Below are positions 63,294 to 64,000 of a stretch of DNA of 64,000 nt, piece by piece. The stretch covers positions 326,032-390,031 of the forward strand of contig JAQTSV010000001.1 of assembly GCA_028711115.1 (NCBI GenBank), in the 5' to 3' direction. A program made the position numbers and the translations under genes. Source of the stretch: Candidatus Omnitrophota bacterium (GTDB lineage: Bacteria > Omnitrophota > Gorgyraeia > Velamenicoccales > JABMQK01). The notes under the pieces are model-generated. The model did no database searches, was not told the origin of the DNA, and worked only from the letters and a program-made list of their open reading frames with translations. Numbering within the stretch: the first letter of the stretch is position 1; every line of letters begins with the position of its first letter.

Positions 63294-64000
63294 ATGAAAA
63301 AAGACAAAATAATAGCTTGCGGTTTAATCTTATTGCTTTGCTTTTTTGTTGTATTCTTAAGAATGAGGCTGATATCGCTTTACAGTATGTACAATATAGC
63401 CAAATCCGAGGTGCAGGAAGAGACATTTAATAATATCAAAGACCAGATAAACAAAAAATATCCGGATTTTCCCGAGAACAAAAAGAACGAATTGGCTGCC
63501 AAGTCTTACGAAAATTACCTGAAACAGAATAAATATCTGCTCGAAGAGAAAATATTTATCAAGGCCAAAGATAAAAAATCATTCTATCAGAACGACAATA
63601 ATCATACCTATATATTAGGCATAGATTCGTATTATTGGTTAAGGCTAATCGACAATTTAAGGAAAAAAGGCCATATCGGCGAAAGCATCGTGAAAGGACA
63701 GAACTACGACGATCTGGTGGGCGTGCCCATAGAACAGTCTCTTTCCCGCAGCATGCATATAATTTTAGGAAGTTTTATTTATAAGATTTTCGATTCCTTC
63801 AAATTAGATGTCGATTACGAATCGGGATTATATCTTATACCGTTATTATTTTCTGTATTGCTTGCAATCTTAACCTTCTCTATCACCAAATTACTGAGTA
63901 AGAGCAATGTCGCTGCATTTTTTGCCGGTATAGCGGTGAACCTGTCGCCGTTATTTATGCAGCGCACGATAGGAGAATGGCTGGATACGGATATTTATAA
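63294..64000 (+). CDS. Polytopic membrane protein, N-terminal 235 aa only; STT3/PglB/AglB-like oligosaccharyltransferase candidate (3' end outside the window)
   Basis: ATG 63294 follows GAGGG (63281-63285). The frame is open to the window end. N-terminal TM segment, then GIDSYYWLRLIDNL, further TM segments, then MQRTIGEWLDTDIY. These resemble the first acidic-loop motif and the (N/Q)RT..G..DTD motif of PglB/AglB as I recall them. The diagnostic WWDYG motif would lie beyond the window. Confidence 0.45.
   Translation, partial: MKKDKIIACGLILLLCFFVVFLRMRLISLYSMYNIAKSEVQEETFNNIKDQINKKYPDFPENKKNELAAKSYENYLKQNKYLLEEKIFIKAKDKKSFYQNDNNHTYILGIDSYYWLRLIDNLRKKGHIGESIVKGQNYDDLVGVPIEQSLSRSMHIILGSFIYKIFDSFKLDVDYESGLYLIPLLFSVLLAILTFSITKLLSKSNVAAFFAGIAVNLSPLFMQRTIGEWLDTDIY

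Overview
This is an AT-rich bacterial chromosomal segment. I recognise 62 protein genes, and all of them are on the + strand. They are tightly packed, with many TAATG/ATGA start-stop overlaps. I found no rRNA, tRNA, CRISPR array, transposase or prophage signal. Only one convincing intrinsic terminator is present (44891-44916).

Gene content in order:
- Branched-chain amino acid genes: ilvD (3' part), ilvB, ilvN, an inserted secreted repeat protein, ilvC, leuA and an unknown membrane protein.
- Shikimate genes with a prepilin peptidase inside the block: aroE, pilD, aroC, aroK.
- dprA-topA-xerC.
- A lipid A/core-LPS block rich in gene fusions: waaA, lpxK, lpxL::ELM1, GT4::GT9, GT4, a deacetylase, GT9, GT9::GT9.
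- A small accessory-looking stretch: a Met-rich membrane protein, an HI0933-type flavoprotein, a half-size UPF0016 protein and a deoxyhypusine-synthase-like protein.
- Heptose kinase, a pilin-like gene, then kdsB-kdsA-kdsD-kdsC, a single LptC/LptA-like gene and lptB.
- tig (lacking its PPIase domain), clpP, a class-V aminotransferase and serA.
- A 603-aa exported multidomain unknown, a short LeuA paralog and purA.
- An OmpA-type lipoprotein, a coiled-coil protein, DUF4912 and a GH57 branching enzyme.
- uppS-cdsA-dxr-rseP-ispG, an orphan CpaF-type ATPase, a short proS, rimP-nusA-infB, trpS, scpA, ruvB and queH-DUF2905-queA.
- The 5' part of an STT3/PglB-like membrane protein, which runs off the window end.

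The organism is clearly diderm (LPS, Kdo, Lpt and OmpA genes). The many fusions and domain-minimal enzymes suggest a streamlined, probably uncultivated lineage, but I cannot assign taxonomy from sequence alone.

I see no defence island or mobile element. The most unusual items are:
- the phased hexamer array and structured leader upstream of ilvB;
- the secreted repeat protein wedged into the ilv operon;
- the LpxL::ELM1 and other GT fusions;
- the Met-rich membrane protein;
- the deoxyhypusine-synthase-like gene;
- the 603-aa degenerate metallophosphatase/thioredoxin-module protein;
- the ProRS whose editing domain is replaced by a zinc ribbon;
- the putative bacterial oligosaccharyltransferase at the window edge.

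All functional calls rest on motifs I recognise by eye in the supplied translations. No database search was run.
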